Assembly: GCA_019358935.1 (NCBI GenBank)
Contig: JAHHIK010000040.1
Span: 1-63,468 of the forward strand
DNA length: 63,468 nucleotides
Source: Tolypothrix carrinoi HA7290-LM1
Lineage (GTDB): Bacteria; Cyanobacteriota; Cyanobacteriia; Cyanobacteriales; Nostocaceae
Direction: 5' to 3'
The notes under the pieces are model-generated. The model ran no database searches. It saw only the letters and a list, made by a program, of their open reading frames with translations, and was not told the origin of the DNA. Of this stretch, positions 63,369 through 63,468 are shown one piece after another (position 1 is the first letter of the stretch; every line of letters begins with the position of its first letter). A program made the position numbers and the translations under genes.

Positions 63369-63468
63369 TTTGGCGTTTTAGCTACCAACAACTTCTAATG
63401 CATTGAGAGTACTTTGTCCAATTGATTGAATACTGTTTAATAAATTAGCAGCTGCTTGATAAATACGA

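Overview
Chromosomal window from a filamentous, most likely heterocyst-forming (Nostocales-type) cyanobacterium. The basis is abundant HIP1 GCGATCGC, heptamer tandem repeats (STRR), and the nif gene set and order; this assignment is inferred. Left part: nifB-fdxN-nifS-nifU-glbN-nifH on the minus strand. nifH loses homology after Pro260 and runs into foreign DNA (pseudogenes and a non-autonomous IS200/IS605 element) instead of nifD, which is the signature of a gene-interrupting element whose far end lies outside the window. Divergent from nifB are nifP(cysE)-asr1405-like-DUF2949-nifV-nifZ-nifT-[2Fe-2S protein]. The two arms carry mirror-image CnfR-type promoters, separated by a MazF/PemK TA module and an oxidoreductase. 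Next are a frameshifted ABC exporter and, divergent from it, the function-unknown five-gene STM4015-STM4011-type cluster (LRR-like protein, ATP-grasp, alkaline-phosphatase/sulfatase-fold hydrolase, two radical SAM enzymes). That cluster sits behind a sigma70 promoter with a LexA-like box between -35 and -10, and is the best candidate for an undescribed system. The middle is conserved housekeeping DNA (proS, accB, efp, cyclophilin, thiL, gap2, nadD, murC, murB, ybaB, smpB, ictB). It is followed by a cyanobacteriochrome-MCP with a degenerate signalling tip, a GAF pseudo-histidine kinase, a DegT-cyanoexosortase B-wza-wzc locus, two rhomboids, and a decayed XRE/HTH/collagen-repeat island at the right end. 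Small palindromic and tandem repeats have inserted in frame into nifB, the STM4012-type radical SAM gene and thiL. All family assignments are from recognition of motifs; no searches were run.
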